From the NCBI GenBank assembly GCA_051362555.1, contig CM120640.1:23112225-23176224 (forward strand): DNA of 64,000 nucleotides, given 5' to 3'. The DNA comes from Lingula anatina (lineage: Eukaryota; Animalia; Brachiopoda). The notes beneath the pieces are model-generated. The model did not search any database. It saw only the letters and a program-made list of their open reading frames with translations, and was not told the origin of the DNA. The translations under genes and the position numbers were made by a program. Shown here piece by piece: positions 12,901 to 26,690 of the stretch (position 1 is the stretch's first letter; each line of letters starts with the position of its first letter).

Positions 12901-15742
12901 CAAGACTGAACATCTAATTATCACCTTCTTACCTTAGATTGGTTTCTCTATGTGACAAAAACTGTCCCAGTTGGTTACATGCCCTTACTAACAGATTAGG
13001 ATCACTGTCCATGTGGATTATCAGATTAATGGCTTCAAATAAGACTGCATTCTTGGCATTGGAGTGTTGCACTTTCTTTGACTTTGGTGGCTCCTGGGCT
13101 TTGTTCAGAATGGTTTCTAAACATTCAGTCAGCCTTGTGCGAACAGCCGGGTCCTCTGCAAATACAAATCCAATTAAATGAACAATAATGAATAAGTCTT
13201 ACTATGACTAAGTCATCCAGATTTTTAAAAAAATCTTACTAACCTATGGAAAGTATGTATAAAATTTTGTGTTCATATGCACAGGTGTGCTTGTAATGGA
13301 AATGGCACCAGATACCTTACTAGTATAAGTTACTTAGCTTTTCTCCTTCCTTACACTAATTTTTATACCCAGTGTACTTTTTCGGTAACTCAGACCATAC
13401 AGCACAATTGATTAAGAATGTGTTAACTAAGATTTTCACACTGGGAACACCAAAATGTACAAAATCTACAGATGTTCATATCACACAATATAAACACATC
13501 ACCTGGTGGAGGATAATTCTGTAGCAACCTCAGCAGTTTGACAGAGAGCCAAGGTGCTGGCACAAAGTAGTAGGTGTAATCCTGGAGGTCTGTGTAGGAA
13601 GAAGTGACAATTCTACTGAGTCTAGACACAGCCAGAGACACACAGCCTTTGTATTCCTCAGGACTCCTCTTCACCAGGGCCTCTATCAGACTGGCTGCTG
13701 CTGTTACCACACCCTTAAGGAAACAAATGTACATGTATATAGCAATTATATATTTAAATGGAGAACTGCTGTTAAGGCCTATCGTTTCTATGGGAGCAAA
13801 AGCACTTGCAACTTCATTATTTCACTACCTGATTCATTTTCATACAGAGCTTGTTCAATGATAATTGTATATGTTATTCTTCCTCAAATTATGATTTCTT
13901 GCTCAATAAGTTTAAGCCAACTTTATATGACAATAGCTTCACTAATTTAAAACGATTTAATATTTTAGGTGCACGTATATATAAATTATACAAACTACCT
14001 GGAGAAGGATATGTGATGCCATATATTTCAACTAGGAAAGCCATAGAATGTTGTGTTGGAGGAGGGGGGGGGGGGGGGGGGTAAAATAGGAAATATTTGT
14101 AATGTGGGCTTACCATGTGTTGATCATTGAGCAAGTGAATGACCCTGGAGGCCCACTCTCCAAGCTGAATCAGATCTGGGGCTGTTCTCAGCAGACGCAG
14201 CAGGCACAGGGCAGCACTCTGCTTTACAGAGTCTATGGTGTCACTGGAAGGAAAGCAATACTTAGTTTTACTCAAGTGTTTTGGTGTATTTATATTTCAA
14301 CTTGTGTAATACATACATACATACATACAAAGTGAGTCATGCAACGCATCTCCAAAAGTCTCATATACAAACATATTATGCTTGCATTTAAGTCTTCTAC
14401 CTACCATCACCTGCATTAATCAATTCAACCTGAACATTATGACATTTACAGCTATTATGAAAAAAGCTAGCAATCAACTGCAAAATTCATGACAGCCACC
14501 ACACTGGTTTTATAAATATATATCCTCTTCCTTTTTTCATTAGTTACTCACCGTCACCACTAAAAACTCTGCATTAATATTTTTCAAAAGCCAATTTCCT
14601 TTGTACTTAGTATCAATCTACAGATGAAAGCCACCTTACCCTGATACCAAAAGCTTTGGAATATCCCTATTAAAGGCTTCTGCCATGTCTCTGCTGCCTA
14701 TGTTGGCAATACACTGTAGGGCCAGGCACACATGCACAGGGTTACGGCTGACGATGTCATTCTTAATGGACTGGACTACCAGCTTCATCAGGTCACTGCT
14801 GGCACTGACCAGAACTGAGATGAACAAGTAACCCTAGAAAAAAAATAAATAAACAATACAAGCTTTAAAAAACTCAATTTATTTCTTTTTTATTCATTCT
14901 AAGTCTTACTTTTAGAGTTCTAAATAGGGTGTGTATGTATCTAAAATGTCAATTTTCTACCAAATTCTCTTACCATCATAATCACTTCAATAAAACCTAT
15001 TTTAAGCATCTATGACATCTTTATCTATACTACAGCAATGTACGCTCAACAAAATATCATTTCAAATTTCATTTCCTTTACCAAGACACGAAGGTTACAC
15101 CTCAAACTTAAAACAGATGGATTGCCATTCTCTGGATTACTTTAATTTATACTGAGAGGAAGTAAGTAGGTTAACTAAGCTGAACTTTGTCAGGATTCCA
15201 CTTACAATCTGTTTTTCTGTGTATTTGTTAGAACTGAGCAGGTTGACTGCCTCCATGTGGCCAAAGTCAATGTCATGGCCCAGCAGGAATATAAACAGCA
15301 GCTTACACACATACTTCTTCTTCTGGTAACCATCTAGGGTTTTATCACCTAGAAACAATACACATTACACTTAAAATTACATTTAAATTATAAATATTAT
15401 ATTTATAAATATACGTGTAAAGCTTGGATGACATAAGAGTTTACACAAAGATCAATGATGCCACAACAGCAGTAACATGTTTCGTAAGATTAAAACAGCA
15501 AATGGCAATGTGTGTCTCAATCTATTTCCATGATGTAAAGTAATGACAGAGTTCCTACCATGAGATCTAACCATGCATATATCAAAACAATTGTGTGTGT
15601 GAATGTCAACCCAATATAACATGTACAACTGTAAATGGCATCATGACTCATGGTTCATTTGTACATCATCAACGCATTTTGTCCTCAACGATCCCTTGCT
15701 GATAAAACAGTGTCTTGTGTATTTTTATTGGACTGTGTCCTG

Positions 15743-15838
<96 letters not shown>

Positions 15839-18800
15839 ATTCATGTACACAACATGTTTCAATCAGGAGCCAATGAAAACATTACCTTCTCAGACATGTC
15901 TTATCATAATGGAGGACAAAACACTGAGACCTAGCAATGCTATCTAAGTGAAGTCGTTAGACCACATTCACAACCAAAGCTGATTAGCGAGCGGACTAAC
16001 AGATCCGCAGATTAAATATGGCCAACCCACTTGAAAACTTGACACATAAACCCCCCCCCCCCCCCAGGGAATGTGTTGGGAGTCTATTAGATTATGCGTC
16101 AACTTTTCAAAGTGGGTCAGCCACATTTGATCTGTAGATCTCTTAGTATGCAGATCAACTGGTTATGAATGTGGCCTAATTCTTGAACCATCTAATATAT
16201 TTTTATTAGAATATTCCACGGACTAAATATAATACAATCCCTCACTAATGCTACTAATAAGACCTAAATCCATTTGATTATCTTACTGATTTTACCCATT
16301 TTGTTTCACTCTGGGTTCAATAATCTACACATGTAACATAGCAACCTGACATAATTTAAGGATTATATTTCAATGATTTTTTGGCTGACATGGGATGTGG
16401 GGGGGGGGGGGAGGCAGAGAGAGTGAGAGAGAGTACAGAAAACTCTTAAAAGGCAAAAAAGAACATTTATCAAACAAAAGCAAGATTAGTAAGCAGTATG
16501 TAGACATAATGCATACATGCCATATTTAAAACATTTCATCTTTAAACATCTGCCCATATGATCAACAATAGATATCAGATAAAAATTCAGAAACTGGCTG
16601 AGGAAATGAAACTGATACAACCCTTTGGGTGAATGAAATAGGAAAGTTGACAGTGGGCAACAAGGGAAAAGTACCAGAGACATGATTACTTTATCAAATG
16701 TCTTATTTTCAGTAAATATTAATCCCTGCCTTCTGTACATCATCCCTTTAGAAACAATTCTATACTCTAATGAAATAATGCTTGTATGTAGCTGCTGGTA
16801 TGTAAGAGGCAGAGCAAATTTCTTTGAAATTATTAGTGGCCACAGACATTTACATTTTATTACTGTGCAGATACTACACAAAACAGTAATATTTTACATA
16901 CGTATCCAAGCAGACAGAAGTTTAATTCATCAAATTTCCTTTGGGACTAATTCTCTGAAAAAAAGTAATTTAGATCAATCTACGATACCGAGTCCCTCAT
17001 CCCAATCCAACCACTCTTCACAATACTGCAACAAATTAGCTTCACTTTAAAGACCTCAGAAATTGAAAAGGTTAAACCATCCCAAAGTCCAGTGTCTAAA
17101 AAATGCATATATTAAAATTTTAAAAATGTGACATACAGGTGTTTGGATATTCCAGTCTTCAGTTTGTGCCTACAACCCCCCCCCCCCCCCCGGGCCCCAT
17201 ACACACACACACAATGACAGTATTGTGAACAGTGTTTGCCAATCCAGAGGGTTTTGAAAGCATTTCTAATTAGGTTACATCCTTGAATACAGTTTCTGAC
17301 ATTTTTAATAATGTCAGGGGAGAACTTTTAAAACCGCAAATCAAATCAGTCTGCATTTCAAAAAATGTTAACCCTCCTGGAGACATACAAGGATTTCCCT
17401 GAAAATCCATCTTTATTATTCAGAGTCAGGCGAGAGACTGGCGGTACACTAATCATTACCAAGTATTGACTTTTTCCTTTGAGTGAACATGTCTTAAATG
17501 AAATGCTCAAACTACAGATCTACCTAAGCCCAAAGCATCCACATGTGTCAATACCAAAGAAAAAGAACCAACCCAGGACAATGTATGGTTGACAAAAGAA
17601 TATAGCCATACAGATTCTGAGCCACTCACAAAACCAATGTATGCATGTCCGTGTCTAGGAGAAGTAGCAGTGAGTATCGATTCCTGTCAGGTCTCCAGGA
17701 TTGCTGGGTATCTGAATGTACAGTACAAGTTGGTGGAAATGATTTTTTATTTTGTTTCTAGTATAATACTTGTCTCTGACTGTGACTTAAATGTATTGTG
17801 GCACAGCTCAGGCACAATCTGTGGCACACTGCTGTTGCCATGAGATAATAGGAGAAGAATAAGGAACATCCAACCAGCATTTCTTATATAATCACATTAC
17901 AAAATCTGATGAAAACTGATATTAACCTTTGTAAAGTATCTGTTCATAACAGAATTATTTGGGGGGGGGGGGGGGGGGGGAAGGTGAGAAAAAGTTTTCC
18001 AAAGCAATAAATCAAATTATGTTTAAACAAAGCGTCTCCCAATTGCCTGCTTGGCAAGCAAGTGTAGATTCCAAATTCAGCCAAACATGAACATTTTTAC
18101 TTCAGGCCACACCAACTCATGTTGTGCACTTTCAACTACAGCAGACATTTTAGGAGCTAATTCATAAACAGACTAACACTGACACTTCCTACTGATATTA
18201 AATACTATTCATAATAACTAACCAAAAGCAGAAAAATAAAATATGTTCATATTGGCCAATTTATGACTGCAAATATTACTAATCAATATACTGATCCTCA
18301 CTGACATTTTTCCACATTTCGTCATCTAGGATAAAAACTGTAACTTTTTATATTTACTGTATCAACATTTTCTCAAGGACTAATACTTAACGTACTATGA
18401 ATTTCAAAATGATACTGTCTACTATTACTTTATGTACTCTGTATTTTCAAGGAGCATCTAAAATAATATTGCTGCTCATTAATTCTGCATGCAAAAACTA
18501 GAGGATCAGAGAGGCGATACCGCCTCCGAATATTGTATCACCAGCTGGAGCAAGCGCATTCGTATAGACCCCCACATACACAAAGTAAGGGACACAGCCA
18601 CCAGTCTTGTGCTTGACAAGCTGTAAAAATGCAATCAACAAGAATTTTCAAAATATGCAAAAATATATATATAATTTAAAATGGTACAATCAAAGGTAAT
18701 TCATCGTAAGGTAGGTCAAAGGTCAATTTCAAGGTCACAGTAAATTGCCAGTATATGACTTCCTTTTCAAGTTTAATAGTAACTATGGACCTATCTCTGC

Positions 18801-21800
18801 CAGTTTTGGAGATAAAAGGGAATCAAAATTTGCAAAGTTCAGTTCATGGTGAAAAGTAGGTCAAAGGTCAATTTCAAGGTCACAGTAAGATTGCCAGTAT
18901 ATGACTTCCTATTCAACTTCAATAGTAACTATGGACTAATCTCTGCCAGTTTTGGAGATAAAATAGAAGCAAAATTTACAAAGTTCAGTTCATGGTGAAA
19001 AGTAGGTCAAAGGTCAATTTCAAGGTCACAGTAAGATTGCCAGTATATGACTTCCTATTCAACTTCAATAGTAACTATGGACCTATCTCTGCCAGTTTTG
19101 GAGATAAAAGGGAATCAAAATTTGCAAAGTTCAGTTCATGGTGAAAAGTAGGTCAAAGGTCAATTTCAAGGTCACAGTAAGATTGCCAGTATATGACTTC
19201 CTATTCAACTTCAATAGTAACTATGGACCTATCTCTGCCAGTTTTGGAGATAAAATAGAAGCAAAATTTACAAAGTTCAGTTCATGGTGAAAAGTAGGTC
19301 AAAGGTCAATTTCAAGGTCACAGTAAGATTGCCAGTATATGACTTCCTATTCAAGTTCAATAGTAACTATGGACCTATCTCTGCCAGTTTTGGAGATAAA
19401 AGGGAAGCAAAATTTGCAAAGTTCAGTTCATGGTGAATAGTAGGTCAAAGGTCAATTTCAAGGTCACATTTAGATTGCCAGTATATGACTTCCTATTCAA
19501 GTTCAATAGTAACTATGGACCTATCTCTGCCAGTTTTGGAGATAAAATAGAAGCAAAATTTACAAAGTTCAGTTCATGGTGAAAAGTAGGTCAAAGGTCA
19601 ATTTCAAGGTCACAGTAAGATTGCCAGTATATGACTTCCTATTCAACTTCAATAGTAACTATGGACCTATCTCTGCCAGTTTTGGAGATATAAGGGACTA
19701 AATGTTATAATTTTGGAGTTACCATAATGTGCCATAAATTTCCTACAGAAAAAATTAATTAAAATAAAGAAAAGGTAATTTTGGTCAAAATTCTTGAAAT
19801 GGGAAGTGTCTTGAAGTTCGAGATGTTCAAATTTGATGATATAATGTCATTTTTGACCATGAGTTGTCTGCTTTGCCAAGCCTTATGTTTTATTTTTCTG
19901 GAGTTCAAAATTTATTATCCATTACCGTACTGCGCATTTTGCTTTCACCACCAATATATACTTTTTGATACAGCGTAACTTTGGAGATAGAAGGGAAGCA
20001 AAATTTGCAAGTTCAGTTCATGGTGGAAAGTAGGTCAAAGGTCAATTTTAAGGTCACATTTAGATTGCCAGTATATGACTTCCTATTCAACTTCAATAGT
20101 AACTATGGACCTATCTCTGCCAGTTTTGGAGATAAAAGGGAAGCAAAATTTACAAAGTTCAGTTTATGGTGAAAAGTAGGTCAAAGGTCAATTTTAAGGA
20201 CACAGTAAGGTTGCCAGTATATGACTTCCTATTCAACTTCAATAGTAACTATGGACATATCTCTGCCAGTTTTGGAGATAAAAGGGAAGCAAAATTTGCA
20301 AAGTTCAGTTCATAGTGAAAAGTAGGTCAAAGATCAATTTAAAGATCACAGTAAGATTGCCAGTATATGACTTCCTATTCAACTTCAATAGTAACTATGG
20401 ACCTATCTCTGCCAGTTTTGGAGATATAAGGGACTAAATGTTATAATTTTGGAGTTACCATAATGTGCCATAAATTTCCTACAGAAAAAAATAATTAAAA
20501 TAAAGAAAAGGTCATTTTGGTCAAAATTCTTGAAATGGGAGGTGCTCTGAAGTTCGAGATGTTCAAATTTGATGAAATAATGTTTTTTTTTTTTGACCAC
20601 AAGTTGTCTGCTTCGCCAAGCCTTATGTTTTATTTTTCTGGAGTTCAAAATTTATTATCCATTACCGTACTGCACATTTTGCTTTCACCACCAATATGTA
20701 CTTTTTGATACAGCGTAACTTTGGAGATAAAACGGAAGCAAAATTTGCAAAGTTCAGTTCATGGTGAAAAGTAGGTAAAAGGTCAATTTTAAGGTCACAT
20801 TTAGATTGCCAGTATATGACTTCCTATTCAAGTTCTATAGTAATTATGGACCTATCTCAGCCAGTGGTGGAGAAAAAAGGGAAGCAAAATTTGCAAAGTT
20901 CAGTTCATGGTGAAAAGTAGGTCAAAGGTCAATTTCAAGGTCACAGTAAGATTGCCAGTATATGACTTCCTACTCAACTTCAATGGTAACTATCAACATA
21001 TCTCTACCAGTTTTGGAGATAAAAAGGGAATCAAAATTTGCAAAGTTCAGTTCATGGTGAAAAGTAGGTCAAAGGTCAATTTCAAGGTCACAGTAAGATT
21101 GCCAGTATATGACTTCCTATTCAAGTTCAATAGTAACCATGGACATATCTTTGCCAGGTTTGGAGATAAAAGGGAAGCAAAATTTACAAAGTTCAGTTCA
21201 TGGTGAAAAGTAGGTCAAAGGTCAATTTCAAGGTCACAGTAAGATTGCCAGTATATGACTTCCTATTCAAGTTCAATAGTAACTATGGACCTATCTCTGC
21301 CAGTTTTGGAGATAAAAGGGAAGCAAAATTTGCAAAGTTCAGTTCATGGTGAATAGTAGGTCAAAGGTCAATTTTAAGGTCACATTTAGATTGCCAGTAT
21401 ATGACTTCCTATTCAAGTTCAATAGTAACTATGGACCTATCTCTGCCAGTTTTGGAGATAAAAGGGAAGCAAAATTTGCAAAGTTCAGTTCATGGTGAAA
21501 AGTAGGTCAAAGGTCAATTTTAAGGACACATTTAGATTGCCAGTATATGACTTCCTATTCAAGTTCAATAGTAACTATGGACATATCTCTGCCAGTTTTG
21601 TAGATAAAAGGGAAGCAAAATTTGCAAAGTTCAGTTCATAGTGAAAAGTAGGTCAAAGGTCAATTTCAAGGTCACAGTAAGATTGCCAGTATATGACTTC
21701 CTATTCAACTTCAATAGTAACTATGGACCTATCTCTGCCAGTTTTGGAGATATAAGGGGCTAAATGTTATAATTTTGGAGTTACCATAATGTGCCATAAA

Positions 21801-24800
21801 TTTCCTACAGAAAAAAATTAATTAAAATAAAGAAAAGGTAATTTTGGTCAAAATTCTTGAAATGGGAGGTGCTCTGAAGTTCCAGAAGTTCAAATTTGAT
21901 GAAATAATGTTATTTTTGACCATGAGTTGTCTGCTTTGCCAAGCCTTATATATATTTCTGGAGTTCAAAATTTATTATCCATTACCGTACTGCACATTTT
22001 GCTTTCACCACCAATATGTACTTTTTGATACAGCGTAACTCGAAAACCGTATGGAATACAAAAAAACGGAGACCACCTCCAGTGTTGGGCTTTACATGCT
22101 CTACAAAATGCAAAAAAGAATGGGTCTCTAGCATTAACGGTTCCCGAATTAGAGACAGTTTTCAGTTTCAGTATCTTATGGCCGCTACTCCCGTGAAAAT
22201 GCACCGATTGACCCCAAATTCACGGAGATGAAAGATGACCTGAAGGGTAACAACTTCCAATAATATTTTTGGTTAAGTCTGTGTGGTGTCTGAATAACAG
22301 GGCAAATAATTTTTTTTTTCGTAAAAAAATTAATTTTTTTGAAAATTTTGGCCCGTTTGACCTTGAAATAAAGGTCAAAGGTCAAATCCAAGGGCATATT
22401 TGAAATCTACACATATGACTTTTGGAAAGCCATCTGTAGAAATTTTTCCCATAATTCCTTCCGTAGGGTAGATAATTAGCATTTAATTTTGCCATTTTTA
22501 GACAAGGGTGCATTGCAATGAGTGCCACACCTAGACCCCAATACCGACAAAGCCCAAATTTTACGTGGAACGAGTTGAGATTATAGGTGACCTAAATCCA
22601 AGAGATGGGTACGGGGGCCCTTACCGTCTAGGAGGAGAAGCGGTAACGGTAGCCGTCCGGCGGAGCCGGCGGAGCCGGCGGAACGATCCGGACGGGACCG
22701 AAACCATGTGTACCGCCAGCGCTAACGCTGGTGGTACAATAATGCAGGTACCATACAAGTCTCAAGTGAAACTCCAGTCAAATGATGCCTGGCAGCTAAT
22801 TATTATAATAACCGAAGTGAACTGAAAACAACCCAGACAAGAGGAAATCCAAAAGAGACCAATTAAGGGCATCACTTATGGGGCTGATTATACAATGAAT
22901 ATAAATATTAAATGTCTGTTAAGATATGAAGAAACAGAAAAAAAAAAATAATAATCATAATTTGAGACAAAATAATAAAATTTCTGGAATTGCTTTAGGC
23001 TTTAGCACTGATAAAGCAGAAAATCCATATCCACTCCAAATTCAGCAAACACTGTTGGCTTGAAAGCATCAGACATCTCGGCAATGAATTTGCAATATAT
23101 CAAACAAAAGCGTGCATAAAGTTTATCATACCACAGAATTAAACGTCATAAAAAGACAGCCGTTCCTCACAGGAATAATAGTTAACTTCAGCATTCTCAA
23201 ATTATTCTGCACACTTGGAAAATACTCCAGGCATCATGTATTGACTTTTCATTACTCCCACATATACAAATACTCCTTTCCTGTTAAAATTCTATTATTC
23301 AGTGGAATGAATACTATACACAGATTTTGAGTATACTCCTATTATAGGTACAGATGAGCTTAATGAATTCAAACTTGACAATAAAATAAAATAAATAAAG
23401 AATTAAATAATAAGTTTCAAAAATTGCCAGAGTACAGGGAACATTAAAACTATCAGGGTCAAGATATAATGTTGAAAAACTAAAAAGTCATGTTCAGTTG
23501 CTAAATTTGAAATATTATACCCATACATTTCATTTTGACCAGTAAATATTCCATCATCAACAACAGCAGTACAACTGTCCTTTAACTTTTGTTTTACCTT
23601 TGAATTTTGATCTAATGTTGGCCAGTTCTTTGTTGATTCTTTTGATTTCTGCTTCTCTGCTTTTGCCTGAAAATGAAAATCAAAACAAATCAATTATTCA
23701 TGTGTAAAAAGAAAAATATATAATAGCTGTTATATAAAAACTCACCCCACACCCTCTATCTTGTTAAGAAAATATAAAATTAAAACGAACATTCTGAGAA
23801 AAAAATATTTCAACTTGGAAACAGTTTTAGGCTAGACAAGATGCCATATTTAGTATTTACCAGGTGGCAGTTTAATGTCATATCAACTAGTCAATAGTGG
23901 TACATTCCTGCTATGGAAAAAATAAATGTAGCAAAACCAGTAAACAAAAATTTAATGACAATTTGCCTAACATGTGTTGGTGTTTTCTATCCAACATTTT
24001 AATGTTTCTAAAAACTATTAATTGTTCTGGATTACAATCTGATAAAGCACTCAATTTCCTTATCAATTTTCTTAAGTAACAGAATGAGTAAAATGCAAAA
24101 TAAAATCTAAAACTATTTTGCTAATATTGACCTGAACAGTGGGATTAGCCTCACAAATTTAACTAAAACTTCTGAGGCTACCACATCAGCATACAGCTTG
24201 ACAAACAGAACACAAAACACACAAGGCCTTTCATCAAATTTTCATGGCCAATCCATGAGAAAGCATATAACACTGAGTCTCTATCACGGAACAGACTTCC
24301 ATTCTGCAGCCCCATGGGAATGCTAACTTGGCTGCACTTACTGGCTACATGGCAAATTTCACAGTTTACACCTATTCTCATTTCCTTGCTCCCTAATAGG
24401 AAACAATGGACATACACATTCATTTCTCTGTGTGTTAAGTAAATGACTGCACTTCAAAATGTATCTAATCAATAAACCCTAGGTATCAAAAGCTGGTTTA
24501 TATGCTTGAGTTATTTTTAAACAATCAGCAGTAGCCAGTCAAAGCCGTACATTAGAACCTTTTTCACTTAAATTTCCCTTCTTTTCTTCTTTTTTTTTTT
24601 TTACCAAAAGTGTAAAAGCTGTCAGTATTACTTAAAAATCAAATTTACTATCAAGGCCATATGACTTTAAGTTACAGTTTTTGAAATCAAAATTTCTCTA
24701 AAGCAAAGTGCACTGTACGAAGCTTTTACATACTTTGAAGCATATAACAATCCAGCATTCCAGTCATTACTTGTAAAGATAACTACACCACAAGATACAC

Positions 24801-25799
24801 TTATCAGCAGCATCTTGAATGTAACAGGATCAAGGTCACACAATGTATTCCACCTTAAGAGTGTTTTTAAATCCTATGATACCACATGCAAAAAGTCAAA
24901 TACACCAATTTCAGATACAGTTGCATTTAAAAGAAAATGAGACATTTTTATTCATTTTAGTGCTATAAATCAAGGAGCATAATTTGAAAACTCTTGACTT
25001 TATTGGAAACTATCATACAGTGTTATTGAGGACAATAAGCTTAGCTTGTTTAAACAATTATCCAGACAAATAATAAACAGAATACTGAAGAGCACTAAAT
25101 TTCCTGATTTTGAACACTGTAAACTGTAAAGAGTATATGGAACAAAAAGAGGTCGCATAACATAAAATTATATAGAAGATTCAGGAAAAGGTGGATATAT
25201 CACAAATCCATATTTTTAGAATGTAACCCTACAATTCACAACTTCCAAAGCTTCACCTACATTTTTATTTTTTTTATTTATTTATTTTTTTTTTTTGGAA
25301 ATCTGTTTGTATATGGTCCCTTTAAACCCACAAATTCTCATTGTTTTCTGCTGTGTCATTTGTTATTCTAGATAAGTATCAAGTACAAAAGTCATCATTT
25401 TATCTACTGCCGTACATAAAATCTTTAATATATGCACTCATTATTCAACTTCAAAGTATCTGTGCAGTAAATCTCAGATGGGCATATCTATAATGTTTAT
25501 TTTTTAATATAAAGTTAGGTACCTAATGCAAAAAATTTCTTTCATTTCTGATCCAGAACAACCACAAATTTAGCCAATAACAGGAAATGGAAATATGATT
25601 ATTTACAAAACACACAAGAAATAATCAAGAATGGAATACTATAATTATAAAGTAACTGACATTCAACTCTAAGCTAATAAGAGCAGAGTTTTCAGTCAGC
25701 CTGTGAGGGCCTTTCATCAACAACCTGAAACTTACAGTTTCTGATGTCAGATATAAAAACTGCAAGCCCTCTCATTCCATCTCCTTTCACTGCCGGCAT
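5592..25799 (-). CDS. AP2A: AP-2 complex subunit alpha (alpha-adaptin), complete
   Basis: Coding exons on the minus strand: 25736-25799 ([21 protein letters not shown]), 23598-23666, 15206-15348, 14640-14833, 14114-14243, 13503-13713, 12933-13155, 12491-12587, 12089-12226, 11643-11825, 11320-11417, 10992-11121, 10691-10792, 10277-10459, 9674-9846, 7412-7584, 6932-7055, 6486-6602, 6264-6333, 5917-6051, 5592-5669 (...LCELLESQF*). The translation is unmistakable alpha-adaptin trunk, hinge and ear, and all phases join. Confidence 0.97.
7056..7411 (-). other. U12-type (minor spliceosome) AT-AC intron in AP2A
   Basis: On the minus strand the 5' site is ATATCCTTT, the branch point is TTCCTTAAC, and the intron ends ...TTTTGTAC. 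Removing it joins [14 protein letters not shown] in frame. Confidence 0.93.
9871..9902. repeat. (CAT)n microsatellite
   Basis: About 10 CAT units just upstream of an AP2A acceptor; source of the spurious poly-M and poly-S ORFs. Confidence 0.95.
10181..10306. repeat. 30-bp tandem repeat (~4 units) spanning an AP2A exon/intron boundary
   Basis: Units start with ACTAAC at 10181, 10211, 10241 and 10271 (partial at 10301). Each unit carries a G|GTTAGT donor on the minus strand. Confidence 0.9.
15745..15836. repeat. (GT)n microsatellite
   Basis: Uninterrupted GT run. Confidence 0.98.
15960..16176. mobile_element. Degenerate fold-back MITE, possibly PIF/Harbinger (Tourist-like)
   Basis: The left arm GACCACATTCACAACC...CCCACTTGAAAACTTGACACATAA pairs imperfectly with the right arm TTATGCGTCAACTTTTCAAAGTGGG...GGTTATGAATGTGGCC. 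Flanked by TTA/TAA. Confidence 0.65.
18496..22742. mobile_element. Non-autonomous Helentron-associated element (HINE / pearl-CvA / DINE-1-like) with internal tandem array
   Basis: Begins AACTAGAG with a palindrome GAGGCG-ATAC-CGCCTC (18511-18526), then internal 146-bp core repeats and a short GC-rich CCGGCGGAG repeat (~22657-22681). Ends in a hairpin TGTACCGCCAGCG-CTAA-CGCTGGTGGTACA (22709-22738) followed by ATAA. This is the recalled architecture of molluscan HINE/pearl elements. Confidence 0.75.
18700..22040. repeat. Higher-order satellite: 17 x ~146-bp unit A with 3 x ~298-bp unit B (A7-B-A3-B-A7-B)
   Basis: AGGTCAAAGGTCA anchors at 18713, 18858, 19004, 19150, 19296, 19442, 19588 | 20032, 20178, 20324 | 20773, 20919, 21066, 21212, 21358, 21504, 21650. 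B units at about 19690-19980, 20425-20720 and 21750-22040. Confidence 0.95.
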
Positions 25800-26573
25800 G
25801 GTGGATGGTGGCTGGAAAGATAAAAGTGGCACATTATAATTAAATATGACATCAAATAAACTAAAAGAATAATAGACAAAAATGGAATTAGACTGAAATT
25901 GCAGTAAATGCCCAAATCAGTGAAAATAATGTAAACATCTCAGTTTCACAGAGATGCATTACTAATCAAGAGCATTTATATTTGAAAATTCATTTCCAAT
26001 AAATTAACACTGCAATCAAGGGGTAGTACAAATGGGCAGACATTATAAAACTTCTGCCCCTATTTTCAGTTTAAATTACATGCTCTGACAATAATAATAA
26101 AAAGCATTTCTTTTCACTGATAATTTCAGAATACATTTTTCAATTTACCACACATGCCCAGAGAGAAGATGAAAAAATGAATGGAAATTCTTGGCCATAA
26201 AATATATCTGTGTCTTAACAAGAACATTTACTGAGCTGGTAAAGAGGGCTAAGCTACATCATGATTACTTCAATATTTGGTTATGACTCATTACACATAT
26301 CCATTCCTTCCCCTTGTAACAACTCCCAGCATTCAAATTGTCATTTCCATTTATTTCTAGAATGTATTTTTCATGTCTTGTCTAGGAAATTGATTTCATT
26401 AGTAGACATGAAGAACAGACCACTGTAAATGATTAAAATGCGGTTCAAATACAGGAAGGGGAGGGGATCAATCAATGCACACAGGTGGCGCCGGTCAAGA
26501 AGTAAGAGAGAAATGGTAAAAAAGGAAAACATATGAAATGTTAAGACTGTGTTGGGTTGTACGACATACTTAC

Positions 26574-26690
26574 CTTTACTTAAGCAGCAAAGTTAAATAA
26601 GTGCACGTGTCCTTCTTTTCTTGTTTGATAGCCTAGACTTTCAACTACAAGCGCATCAAATGCTGTCCGCCATTTGCAGCTTGCTGTCGA
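26574..26690 (-). other. Probable non-coding first exon of AP2A
   Basis: Strong donor AAG|GTAAGT at 26574/26573, a YY1-type CAAATGGCGG motif and CpG-rich context. It splices to the acceptor TTTCCAG just before the ATG exon (exon edge 25811). The TSS position is approximate. Confidence 0.65.

Noticed and set aside
15603-15947. ORFs with CVCVCV runs (also 38410-38724 with HT/CV runs)
   Set aside because: Translations of (GT)n microsatellites.
14064-17980. Several poly-G/poly-C tracts (e.g. ~14064, 16051, 16399, 17176, 17961) as G-quadruplex candidates
   Set aside because: Simple homopolymers scattered through introns with no positional pattern supporting function.
18700-22040. Regular repeat array resembling a CRISPR, and recurring ORFs such as [22 protein letters not shown]
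   Set aside because: Units are contiguous near-identical 146-mers without unique spacers, there are no cas genes, and the locus is a eukaryotic intron. The ORFs are repeat artefacts.
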